From Methanopyrus kandleri AV19 (GTDB lineage Archaea > JAADCQ01 > Methanopyri > Methanopyrales > Methanopyraceae), in assembly GCF_000007185.1 (NCBI RefSeq), contig NC_003551.1, positions 900,001 to 932,000 of the forward strand: a stretch of 32,000 nt of DNA, given 5' to 3'. The translations under genes and the position numbers were made by a program. The notes under the pieces were generated by a model, which searched no databases, had not been told where the DNA came from, and was given only the letters and a program-made list of their open reading frames with translations. Positions 23,709 to 31,141 of this stretch are shown piece after piece. The first letter of the stretch is position 1. The number at the start of each line of letters is the position of its first letter.

Positions 23709-24575
23709 GTGTCATCGGGGGCCGTGGAGCGATCCCCGGCCGTCGCGGGTCAGTTCTACCCCGCCGACCCGGAGGAGTTGAGGAAGATGATCGAGTGGTG
23801 CTTCCGACACGAGCTAGGACCCGGTGATCTACCCGAGACTAACGACGGTCCCTGTACCTTGCCCGGCGTGGTGGCGCCGCACGCCGGTTATCAGTTCTCG
23901 GGACCGGTGGCCGCCCATACGTACAAGGTTCTGGCGGAGTCAGGAACCCCCGAGACGGTGGTGATACTGGGACCGAATCACACCGGGCTTGGGTCCGCGG
24001 TCGCCACGATGACGGACGGTGCTTGGCGCACGCCGCTGGGATCGGTGGAGATCGACTCCGAGTTCGCGACCGCGCTGGTACGGAAGTGCGGCGTGATGGA
24101 CGACGACTTAACGGCCCACGCTAACGAGCACTCCATCGAAGTACAGCTGCCGTTCCTCCAGTACGTGTACGGGGAGAGTTTCCGGTTCGTTCCCGTCTGT
24201 ATGGCGATGCACGACCTTCAGACCGCGAGGGAAGTAGGTGAGGCGATCGTGGACGTGGCGGAGGAGCTGGATAGGAACACGGTGGTCATCGCGAGCACCG
24301 ACTTCACGCACTACGAGCCGCACGATCAGGCCCAGAAAAAGGATCGTAAGGTCATCGAACGGATCACGGCCCTCGACGAGGCCGGTATGATCGAGATCGT
24401 GGAGCGATACAACGTCAGTATGTGCGGCGTAGGACCGACCGCCGCGACCATAGTGGCGGTCAAGGCCATGGGTGCCTCCGAGGGGGAGCTCCTGAAGTAC
24501 GCGACCAGTGGAGACGTTTCCGGAGATTACTCTCAGGTGGTCGGTTACGCCGCTATCGTTTTCCGCCGCGGGTGA
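23709..24575 (+). CDS. MEMO1-family protein (AmmeMemoRadiSam system protein B).
   Basis: AGQFYPADPEEL, APHAGYQFSGPVAA, ILGPNHTG, EHSIEVQLPFLQYV and STDFTHYE are the canonical Memo motifs. Confidence 0.9.
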   Translation: MSSGAVERSPAVAGQFYPADPEELRKMIEWCFRHELGPGDLPETNDGPCTLPGVVAPHAGYQFSGPVAAHTYKVLAESGTPETVVILGPNHTGLGSAVATMTDGAWRTPLGSVEIDSEFATALVRKCGVMDDDLTAHANEHSIEVQLPFLQYVYGESFRFVPVCMAMHDLQTAREVGEAIVDVAEELDRNTVVIASTDFTHYEPHDQAQKKDRKVIERITALDEAGMIEIVERYNVSMCGVGPTAATIVAVKAMGASEGELLKYATSGDVSGDYSQVVGYAAIVFRRG

Positions 24576-24581
24576 CGACGG

Positions 24582-25004
24582 ATGCACCCGATCGAGTCGT
24601 TGGATCTAGCGTTGACGGCGCTCATCGCGGGCTTGATCCTCACGTCGGAGGCGCTGCGCCTCTTCCCGTTCCTGTCGTACCTCGTCAGAGTGCCCCTGAG
24701 GCCTATAACCCTGGTACTCGCGCTGGCGGCCCTCGTACTCACATTCATCGCTCCCATCAAGGGGTACGTCCCGACGCTTCTGACTCTGCTGTGCTCCGTG
24801 CCGAAGCTCAGTATCGGAGGGTACCTCCTCAGCCGCGTGTGGTGGGTGGTCTCCGGCTTGCGTGATGGTCTGATAGGAGCGCTCCGGCTGTCCTTAGAGA
24901 TCCGGACTCTACCCTTCGACCTGTCGGTAGGCTGTGCACTGACGGCCAGCGGGGTACTAGGGGTCCTCCGGTGGATGACCTCCGTTCCGGCGGTGCCGTG
25001 GTGA
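24582..25004 (+). CDS. Small membrane protein (about 4 TM), hypothetical.
   Basis: 140-aa ATG ORF made of Leu/Ala/Val-rich helices in GC-rich host-like codons. It is tightly packed between the Memo gene (6 nt gap) and mcm (16 nt gap). Confidence 0.6.
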   Translation: MHPIESLDLALTALIAGLILTSEALRLFPFLSYLVRVPLRPITLVLALAALVLTFIAPIKGYVPTLLTLLCSVPKLSIGGYLLSRVWWVVSGLRDGLIGALRLSLEIRTLPFDLSVGCALTASGVLGVLRWMTSVPAVPW

Positions 25005-25020
25005 CGGGGGCGGGAATTCC

Positions 25021-26991
25021 GTGGAGATGGAGCGTGAGTTCGAAGAGGCTCTCAGGAACTCGAAAACGTTCCTGAGGTCGATCGACCGGGTGATCACGGA
25101 CTACCCGAAGTGGCGAACCGTCGTCGTGGACTTGGAGGAGTTCGACGAACCGGACATAGCGTTCGCGGTGTCCGACGACGTCGTCGAGGCGATGAAGGTC
25201 GTCCAGCGGGTTGCCATGGAGCTCATCAAGAAAGAGCGGCCGGACGTGGATCGTGTCTGGGTAGAGTTCCGTGGGTCACCGATCCGTCTCCGTGCCCGGG
25301 ATATGAGCGTCGAGTTCAAGGATCGTCTCGTCACCGTCGAGGGGATCGTTCGTCGCGTGGATAACGTGGCCGCCGAGGTAGTTCGCGTGGAAGCCGAGTG
25401 TCCGCAGTGCGGTAATCGGTTCGAGGTCCGTAGGCGCGAGTACAGACCTGACGTGAGGTGTCCCAACTGCGGGATGCGGTGCGAGCCCGACGAGCTCTTC
25501 TACACCGACTATCAGCTCGTAGTGCTCCAAGAAGCTCCAGAGCACGTGAGAGGCGGTGAACAACCGGCGACAGTCGAGGTGGAGTTCCGGTACGATCACA
25601 TCAACCGGGTACGGCCCGGTGACCGGGTGAGGGTTACGGCGGTACCTCGGGTACGACTTCCGTCGAGTTCTCCACGACCGGGTGATACCGGGGAGATAGT
25701 CCTCGAGGCCCACGGTGTCGAGAGGTCCGACAGCCCGCTTCCCGAGGAGGACCTCCGGTTCACGCAGGATGAGGTCGAACGGTTCGAGGAACTGGCCGAG
25801 GGTGATCCATTAGGTGAGTTCGTCGAAGCGGTGGCGCCCCACATTCACGGGCACGAGGTGATCAAGAAGGCCGTGTCGTTACAGCTGTTCTCCTGCGTGG
25901 AGGAGGGTCAGATACGGGAGCGTGTTCACGTTCTCATCGTAGGTGATCCGGCGACGGCGAAGTCCCAGATCCTCCAGCACGTGATCGAGCACCTCGCCCC
26001 CCGCGGCGTGTACGTGAGCGCCCAACACGTGACGGGGGCCGGACTCACCGCGGCCGCCGAACGTACGGAGGACGGGTGGACGCTGGAAGCGGGAGCCGTG
26101 GTCATGGCGGACGGCGGCGTGATAGCCATCGACGAGCTGGACAAGGCGTCCAGGGGCGATCTGAACGCGCTCCTCGAGGCGATGGAGTCGGGTAAGATCA
26201 GCGTCGCGAAGGCCGGTATCACGACGACCCTGAACGCCCGATGCGCGGTCCTGGCGGCCGCCAACCCCGAGGCCGGCCGCTGGCAGGGCGGTCACCCCAT
26301 CGAGGAGATCAACCTGGACCCCGCCCTCCTCTCGAGGTTCGACGTCATCCTGTTCACCCGAGACGAGCCGGATCCGGAGCAGGATAAGCTGGTCGCGGAA
26401 CGGATGATGGAGGCTTTCGACGGCGAGTTCGATGAGATCGAGGGTAAGTACGAGCTGTTACGCCGCTACGTCCTGTACGCTACGAAGGAGTTTCCGAACG
26501 TCACCATCTCCGAAGACGCCCGGGAGGAGCTTCGAGACTGGTTCGTGTCCGCCCGACAGGAGGCGGCTGATCGGATCGACGAGGGAGATCTACGCACCGT
26601 GCCGGTCACACGGCGTCAGATGGGCTCCGTTCTGCGACTAGCCCGAGCTTCCGCCCGTATGCGACTCTCTGAGACAGTCGGTCGAGGGGACGTGTCCGTA
26701 GCTCTGTCGGTAGTAGAAGAGTTCATGAAGGAGGTAATGCAGGAGGACGGCGTACTGGACGCGGACGTGATCGAGACGGGTAAACCCAAGTCGGTGCGAG
26801 AGGTCCGTGAGTACGTGCTGAAGGTGGTGCGGAAGCTGGCGAAGAAGCACGAGGACGGTGTACCCAAGCGGGAGATCGTGAAGGCGGTTAAACACCGCGT
26901 GAGCCGTGAGCGGGTCGAGGAGATCCTGGACGACCTCGTCGAGGAGGGCTCCCTTCTCCAGCCGCGGCCCGGAGTGTACCTCCCGATGTGA
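25021..26991 (+). CDS. mcm: MCM replicative helicase.
   Basis: C4 zinc finger CPQCGN..CPNCG, Walker A GDPATAKSQIL, Walker B IAIDELDKA, sensor 1 ARCAVLAAANP, Arg finger LLSRFDVIL, sensor 2 TRRQMGSVLRLARA. ATG 25027 is an alternative start. Confidence 0.95.
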   Translation: MEMEREFEEALRNSKTFLRSIDRVITDYPKWRTVVVDLEEFDEPDIAFAVSDDVVEAMKVVQRVAMELIKKERPDVDRVWVEFRGSPIRLRARDMSVEFKDRLVTVEGIVRRVDNVAAEVVRVEAECPQCGNRFEVRRREYRPDVRCPNCGMRCEPDELFYTDYQLVVLQEAPEHVRGGEQPATVEVEFRYDHINRVRPGDRVRVTAVPRVRLPSSSPRPGDTGEIVLEAHGVERSDSPLPEEDLRFTQDEVERFEELAEGDPLGEFVEAVAPHIHGHEVIKKAVSLQLFSCVEEGQIRERVHVLIVGDPATAKSQILQHVIEHLAPRGVYVSAQHVTGAGLTAAAERTEDGWTLEAGAVVMADGGVIAIDELDKASRGDLNALLEAMESGKISVAKAGITTTLNARCAVLAAANPEAGRWQGGHPIEEINLDPALLSRFDVILFTRDEPDPEQDKLVAERMMEAFDGEFDEIEGKYELLRRYVLYATKEFPNVTISEDAREELRDWFVSARQEAADRIDEGDLRTVPVTRRQMGSVLRLARASARMRLSETVGRGDVSVALSVVEEFMKEVMQEDGVLDADVIETGKPKSVREVREYVLKVVRKLAKKHEDGVPKREIVKAVKHRVSRERVEEILDDLVEEGSLLQPRPGVYLPM

Positions 26992-27005
26992 ACGGGTGGT
27001 TGAAC

Positions 27006-27662
27006 ATGAGTGAAGAACTCTCTCGCAGGTATCCTGCCGTCCGTGTCCCGGCCGGCGAACTGGCGCATTCCGAACCCACGGAGGATGGTTTCGTCACGCC
27101 TAGAGGTGTCAGGTTTCACAGGGCTCTGGTAGTCGGGGTGCTCTCGGGACGGTACGTGGACGAGGAGCGGGAGTTCGCAGTGATCACGGTCACCGACGAC
27201 ACGGGTTCCGTCGACGTGTTCGCGTTCGATGAATGCTACGAGCCCGCCCGGACGCTCGATAAGTGGAGGCAGATCAAGGTGATCGGTCGTCCGATGGAGC
27301 CACGTGAAGAGGGTCGTCCCGTGGCGCTCAGGGCCGAGGTAATCCGCCTTACGTCGTACTCCGAGGAGCTCTTCCGCAGGTTGGAGTACGAGCTGATGGC
27401 CGGGGGCGAGGTACCTACCGTCGAAAAACCCCCGACGCTCGACGAGGCGATCGAGATGGTGTATAAGGAACTGCTCGAGAGGGAGGAGGAAACGTTCTCG
27501 AGGGAGGAACTGTACGAGGTCATCCGCTCCGTCGTCCCCCTCGCGGACGAGGAGTTCTGCGAGAAGATCATTAAAGAGATGGAGGAGCGCGAGCTCCTGT
27601 ACCCGATGGATCTGCCCGGAGGGAAACGTTGGTCCGTGATAGAAACCGGCTGGGGGTTGTAA
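27006..27662 (+). CDS. OB-fold plus C-terminal winged-helix protein (RPA32/Rpa2-like architecture).
   Basis: OB-like strand pattern ALVVGVLSGRYV..EFAVITVTDDTGSVDVFAF..RQIKVIGRP..VALRAEVIRL, an acidic helical linker, then wH-like ..FSREELYEVIRSVVPL..EKIIKEMEERELLYP... ATG 27006 lies 6 nt after GGGTGG. GTG 26988 (GTGA overlap with the mcm stop) is the alternative. Confidence 0.6.
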   Translation: MSEELSRRYPAVRVPAGELAHSEPTEDGFVTPRGVRFHRALVVGVLSGRYVDEEREFAVITVTDDTGSVDVFAFDECYEPARTLDKWRQIKVIGRPMEPREEGRPVALRAEVIRLTSYSEELFRRLEYELMAGGEVPTVEKPPTLDEAIEMVYKELLEREEETFSREELYEVIRSVVPLADEEFCEKIIKEMEERELLYPMDLPGGKRWSVIETGWGL

Positions 27663-27665
27663 ACC

Positions 27666-28082
27666 GTGGTCGAGTACGACTACGAGGAACTCCTCGAGCG
27701 CGCTTACGAGCAGCTTCCCGAGGAGGTGCTCGAAGATCGCCGGTTCGAGATGCCCAAGCCGAAGGTCTCCGTGGAGGGTAAGACCACGGTCATCCGCAAC
27801 TTCAAGGAGATCTCCAAGAAGCTCGACCGCGATCCCGAGCACATCACCAAGTACTTCCTGAAGGAGCTCGGTACCGCGGGACACGTCGACGGTGGTAGAC
27901 TCATCCTGCACGGGGTTTACCATCCTAAGCTCGTCGAGGAGGAGCTTAAGAACTACGTCGAGGAATTCGTGCTATGCCCGGAGTGCGGGAAACCCGACAC
28001 CAAGCTCGTCAGAGAGGATCGGCAGTGGATTCTCAAATGCGAAGCTTGCGGTGCCTGGTCCTCGGTTCGGAGGCTGAAGTGA
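27666..28082 (+). CDS. eif2b: Translation initiation factor aIF2 beta subunit.
   Basis: YEELLERAYEQLP.., ..TVIRNFKEI...L.R.PEHI.KY...ELGT.G.. and a C-terminal zinc ribbon CPECGKPDT...CEACGA, in 138 aa. Confidence 0.92.
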   Translation: MVEYDYEELLERAYEQLPEEVLEDRRFEMPKPKVSVEGKTTVIRNFKEISKKLDRDPEHITKYFLKELGTAGHVDGGRLILHGVYHPKLVEEELKNYVEEFVLCPECGKPDTKLVREDRQWILKCEACGAWSSVRRLK

Positions 28083-28427
28083 ATGGCTCGGGTGCTCTTG
28101 AACATCCACGGGACCGGAGACACCGTGGTCCTCGCCCTATGCGACGAGGATCTCCTGGGTGTGGAGTTGAAGTACAAAGGGCGCACCCTACATATCTCCG
28201 AGCCCTTCTACAGTGGAAAGTCCCTCGAACCGGACCGCGCCGCGAAGAAGATCCGGGAGGCCGTCCAGGAGTACGAGGACGAGAAGACAGTTGCAATCAA
28301 CGCCCTAGGCGAGCTCGCTTGCTCCGTCGTCGTCGACGCGGGTCTCGCCAGGGAGGATGAGATAGGGGAGCTGGGAGGGGTCCCACACGTCCAGATCTAC
28401 ATCCTCCCGCGGGAGCCGTTCCTTTGA
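28083..28427 (+). CDS. DUF424-family protein.
   Basis: ..VVLALCDEDLLG..L.ISEPFYSGK....INALGE......GGVPHVQIY.. fits the pattern of the archaeal DUF424 family. The ATG immediately follows the aIF2-beta stop. Confidence 0.7.
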   Translation: MARVLLNIHGTGDTVVLALCDEDLLGVELKYKGRTLHISEPFYSGKSLEPDRAAKKIREAVQEYEDEKTVAINALGELACSVVVDAGLAREDEIGELGGVPHVQIYILPREPFL

Positions 28428-29482
28428 CCTCGGGAGTACTGTGCACGACCGCTCCGGGCCTCGAGGACGTCTGTGCCCAGGAACTCGGCGAGATCACCGG
28501 AAAATCCGTGCGTGAGAACTACCTCGGCGTACGCGGTCGCGTGCTCGTGGAGTGCTCGGAGCACGAGGCCCTCGACCTCGCCCGTGAGATCAATCGCAGA
28601 TCCCTTACCGTCCACCGAGCCGCGGTTCTCCTGGGCGGCTTTGAGATCGAGCACCGCGACGAGCGTGGCCTCGAGGAGATACGTGAGCGCTGCCGGGAAC
28701 TACCTTTCGAGCGTTACATCCACGAACACGATACGTTCGGTGTACGGCCATCGCGGCTCGGAGAGCATGATTTCACCAGCGTGGATGTGGGGGCCGCCGT
28801 CGGCGATGCCGTCATCGAGCGGATAAAGAGGGAGGAGGGATTCAGACCTCAGGTGGATCTCGACGCGCCCTCGGTGATCGTCAGGGCCGACGTCGTGGGA
28901 GACACCGTCATCGTCGGAGTCTGTACGACCGGTGACCGCTCCCTCCACCAGCGCGGTTACAGGGTATACGACCATCCGGCGGCGCTCAACCCCGTGATCG
29001 CTCAAGGCATGCTGGAGCTGGCCGGGGACCCGGACTCTCTCATCGATCCCACCTGCGGTGGCGCCACGGTGCCCATAGAGGCCCTACTCAGGGACCCGGA
29101 GACGGAGGCCGTAGGTGTGGAGAAGTTTCGAACGCATTACGAGGGAGCCCGCCTCAACGTCCTGGCCGCCAGAGTCGACGTGGAGCTCTATCTGGCGGAC
29201 GCGACTCGACTGTTCGAGGAGGTTCCGGAGCTCCGAGATCGCGAGTTCGACGCCGCCGTCTTCAACCCTCCGTACGGCCTCAAGATAGCGAACCCGCGCG
29301 TCGTGAAGACGCTCTACCGAGGTCTCGCGCGCGTTCTCTCGGATCTCGTCAGTGTCGTCGTGACGGTGACGCCACGTGACGGTTGGATGCGGGCGGCGAT
29401 GGAGGAGTACGGGTTCAGGTTGAGCCACGATCGCTGGGTGAGGCACGGTGGTCTAGACGTGAGGCTCCTAGTCTTTCGCTAA
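28424..29482 (+). CDS. THUMP-domain RNA (probably tRNA guanine-N2) methyltransferase.
   Basis: N-terminal ferredoxin-like/THUMP region, then a class I methyltransferase with DPTCGGATVPIEA and FNPPYG motifs. The TTG start overlaps the DUF424 stop (TTGA). Confidence 0.8.
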   Translation: MTSGVLCTTAPGLEDVCAQELGEITGKSVRENYLGVRGRVLVECSEHEALDLAREINRRSLTVHRAAVLLGGFEIEHRDERGLEEIRERCRELPFERYIHEHDTFGVRPSRLGEHDFTSVDVGAAVGDAVIERIKREEGFRPQVDLDAPSVIVRADVVGDTVIVGVCTTGDRSLHQRGYRVYDHPAALNPVIAQGMLELAGDPDSLIDPTCGGATVPIEALLRDPETEAVGVEKFRTHYEGARLNVLAARVDVELYLADATRLFEEVPELRDREFDAAVFNPPYGLKIANPRVVKTLYRGLARVLSDLVSVVVTVTPRDGWMRAAMEEYGFRLSHDRWVRHGGLDVRLLVFR

Positions 29483-30169
29483 CTCCCTGACGACGTCCAG
29501 TAGCTCCCGTGGCCTGTCGATTTCGAAGTCCGGAACATCGTCGTCGTTTCTCGGCTCCATATCCTGGTATTTGCCCCTCCGGATCCTCACCGTTACCATC
29601 CCCGCGCGGTTCGCCCCCCTGATGTCCTTGTCCAATCGGTCTCCCACGTACACGGCCTCCTCCGGTTTGACTCCCAATCTGCGCGCCGCTTCGATGAAGA
29701 TCTTCGGGTTGGGCTTCTCCACGCCGATTTCCTCGGAGATCACCACCTCGTGGAAGAAGTGGTGAATACCCAATCGGATCAGCTTCTCCCACTGCTTCAC
29801 CGCTAGCCCGCTCGTGACCGCTCCCAGCTTGAATCCCATTTCCCGCAGCTGCATCAGTGTCGGGATCACGTCCGGGTAGGGCTTCAAGTAGGCGAACTTG
29901 GTGTCGTGGTATGCCACTACGGCCGCCGCGACCAGCTTCGGTTCCGGATCCGCTCCTATCCTTCTGAGCAACAGGTCGAAATGTCTGGGATGGTTCGAAC
30001 CGTACTCCTTTACCACCTCCTGCAGCTCCCGATACAGCTCCTCTTCCGACAGATCCGTTTCTAAACCCGCCTCGATCATAGCGCGGATAGCGTTCCTACG
30101 CGCTTCCTCCGCCAGCTTGGAGGACGGGTACAGTGTGTCGTCCACATCGAACAGTACGGCTTTGATCAT
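29468..30169 (-). CDS. HAD-superfamily hydrolase.
   Basis: MIKAVLFDVDDTLY (DxDxT motif I), ..AVTSG.. (motif II), ..YVGDRLDKDI.. (motif IV). Start moved to Met-28 of the track ORF. Confidence 0.85.
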   Translation of the reverse strand: MIKAVLFDVDDTLYPSSKLAEEARRNAIRAMIEAGLETDLSEEELYRELQEVVKEYGSNHPRHFDLLLRRIGADPEPKLVAAAVVAYHDTKFAYLKPYPDVIPTLMQLREMGFKLGAVTSGLAVKQWEKLIRLGIHHFFHEVVISEEIGVEKPNPKIFIEAARRLGVKPEEAVYVGDRLDKDIRGANRAGMVTVRIRRGKYQDMEPRNDDDVPDFEIDRPRELLDVVRELAKD

Positions 30170-30926
30170 GGGGGGACTCCCCACGCTTCGCATCGAGCCG
30201 GTTCCGCTGGAGAGGAAGGTACGACCCGGAGACGACCTCGCGGAGCTCATCGCGGAGTCCGCGGAGCTCGAGGAGGGGGACGTCCTCGCGATCGCTCACA
30301 CGGTAGTATCTAAGGCCGAGGGGGCCCTAATTAGTCTCGACGAGATCGAGCCCAGTCCCTTCGCTAAGACCCTCGCCGAGCGGACTGGTAAAGATCCGCG
30401 TGTGGTCGAGGTGATCCTTCGGGAAGCGGAGTCCATCGTGCGGGTCGGTCCGGACTTCATCATCACGGAAGTGCGAGGAGGGATGGTCTGCGCCAACGCA
30501 GGCGTCGACGAATCGAACGCACCGCCCGGGTACGTGATCGTCCTGCCCGAGGATCCCGATCGCAGCGCCCGAGAACTCCGTCGGCGTCTCCGCGAACTCG
30601 TCGGAGTTGACGTAGGAGTCATCATCACCGACACTCAAGGTCGACCTTTCAGGGAAGGGGTTGTCGGCGTAGCGATCGGGGCCTCCGGAGTGCCCGTACT
30701 GGCCGACCGGCGTGGGGACCGCGATCTCTACGGTCGCGAGCTGAAAATCACGATCGTAGCGCTCGGTGACCTCCTAGCCTCCGCGGCGGAGCTCGTGATG
30801 GGGCAGGCCGACGAGGGTACGCCTGCGGTCATCTTCCGTGGGCTCAAGCCCGAGCTTGAGCGGTTCGAAGGTCCCCGGAAGGCTCGAGCGATTATCCGCT
30901 CTCCAAGTAGGGATATATTCAGATGA
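30168..30926 (+). CDS. cofE: Coenzyme F420:L-glutamate ligase.
   Basis: ..IAHTVVSKAEG.., ..MVCANAGVDESNAPPGYVIVLPEDPD.., ..VIITDTQGRPFREGVVGVAIG.. are CofE hallmarks. ATG 30168 is Met-91 of the track ORF; the upstream 90 residues are Ser-rich junk antisense to the HAD gene. Confidence 0.9.
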   Translation: MGGLPTLRIEPVPLERKVRPGDDLAELIAESAELEEGDVLAIAHTVVSKAEGALISLDEIEPSPFAKTLAERTGKDPRVVEVILREAESIVRVGPDFIITEVRGGMVCANAGVDESNAPPGYVIVLPEDPDRSARELRRRLRELVGVDVGVIITDTQGRPFREGVVGVAIGASGVPVLADRRGDRDLYGRELKITIVALGDLLASAAELVMGQADEGTPAVIFRGLKPELERFEGPRKARAIIRSPSRDIFR

Positions 30927-31023
30927 ACAAACATTTGGCCCACACAAACCTCACGTGGGTTATCTCACCAAAAAGTATTTAACTAATTGTGGTTTTCAGT
31001 GAGTTCTGGATAGTACGATGATA

Positions 31024-31058
31024 CCCCGGGTAGCTCGGGCCGAAGCCCGGGTCCGGGG
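31024..31058 (+). other. GC-rich extended hairpin in an AT-rich leader.
   Basis: ccccggg-tagct-cgggc-cgaa-gcccg-ggt-ccgggg. The outer arms ccccgg/ccgggg and inner arms cgggc/gcccg are complementary. It lies ~60 nt upstream of the last gene's SD. Confidence 0.4.
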
Positions 31059-31141
31059 TTGATGTAAGTCGGGGGGTAGGTAGGAGGTTCAGGATAAAAG
31101 GAAACACCGAGCTACTAACTTTAACAGTAATCTTCACACTA

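Noticed and set aside
26616-27923. 435-aa minus-strand ORF spanning three genes.
   Set aside because: It is antisense to the mcm 3' end, the OB/wH gene and aIF2-beta, all of which have recognisable motifs. It is a Leu/Arg/Gly-rich shadow ORF.
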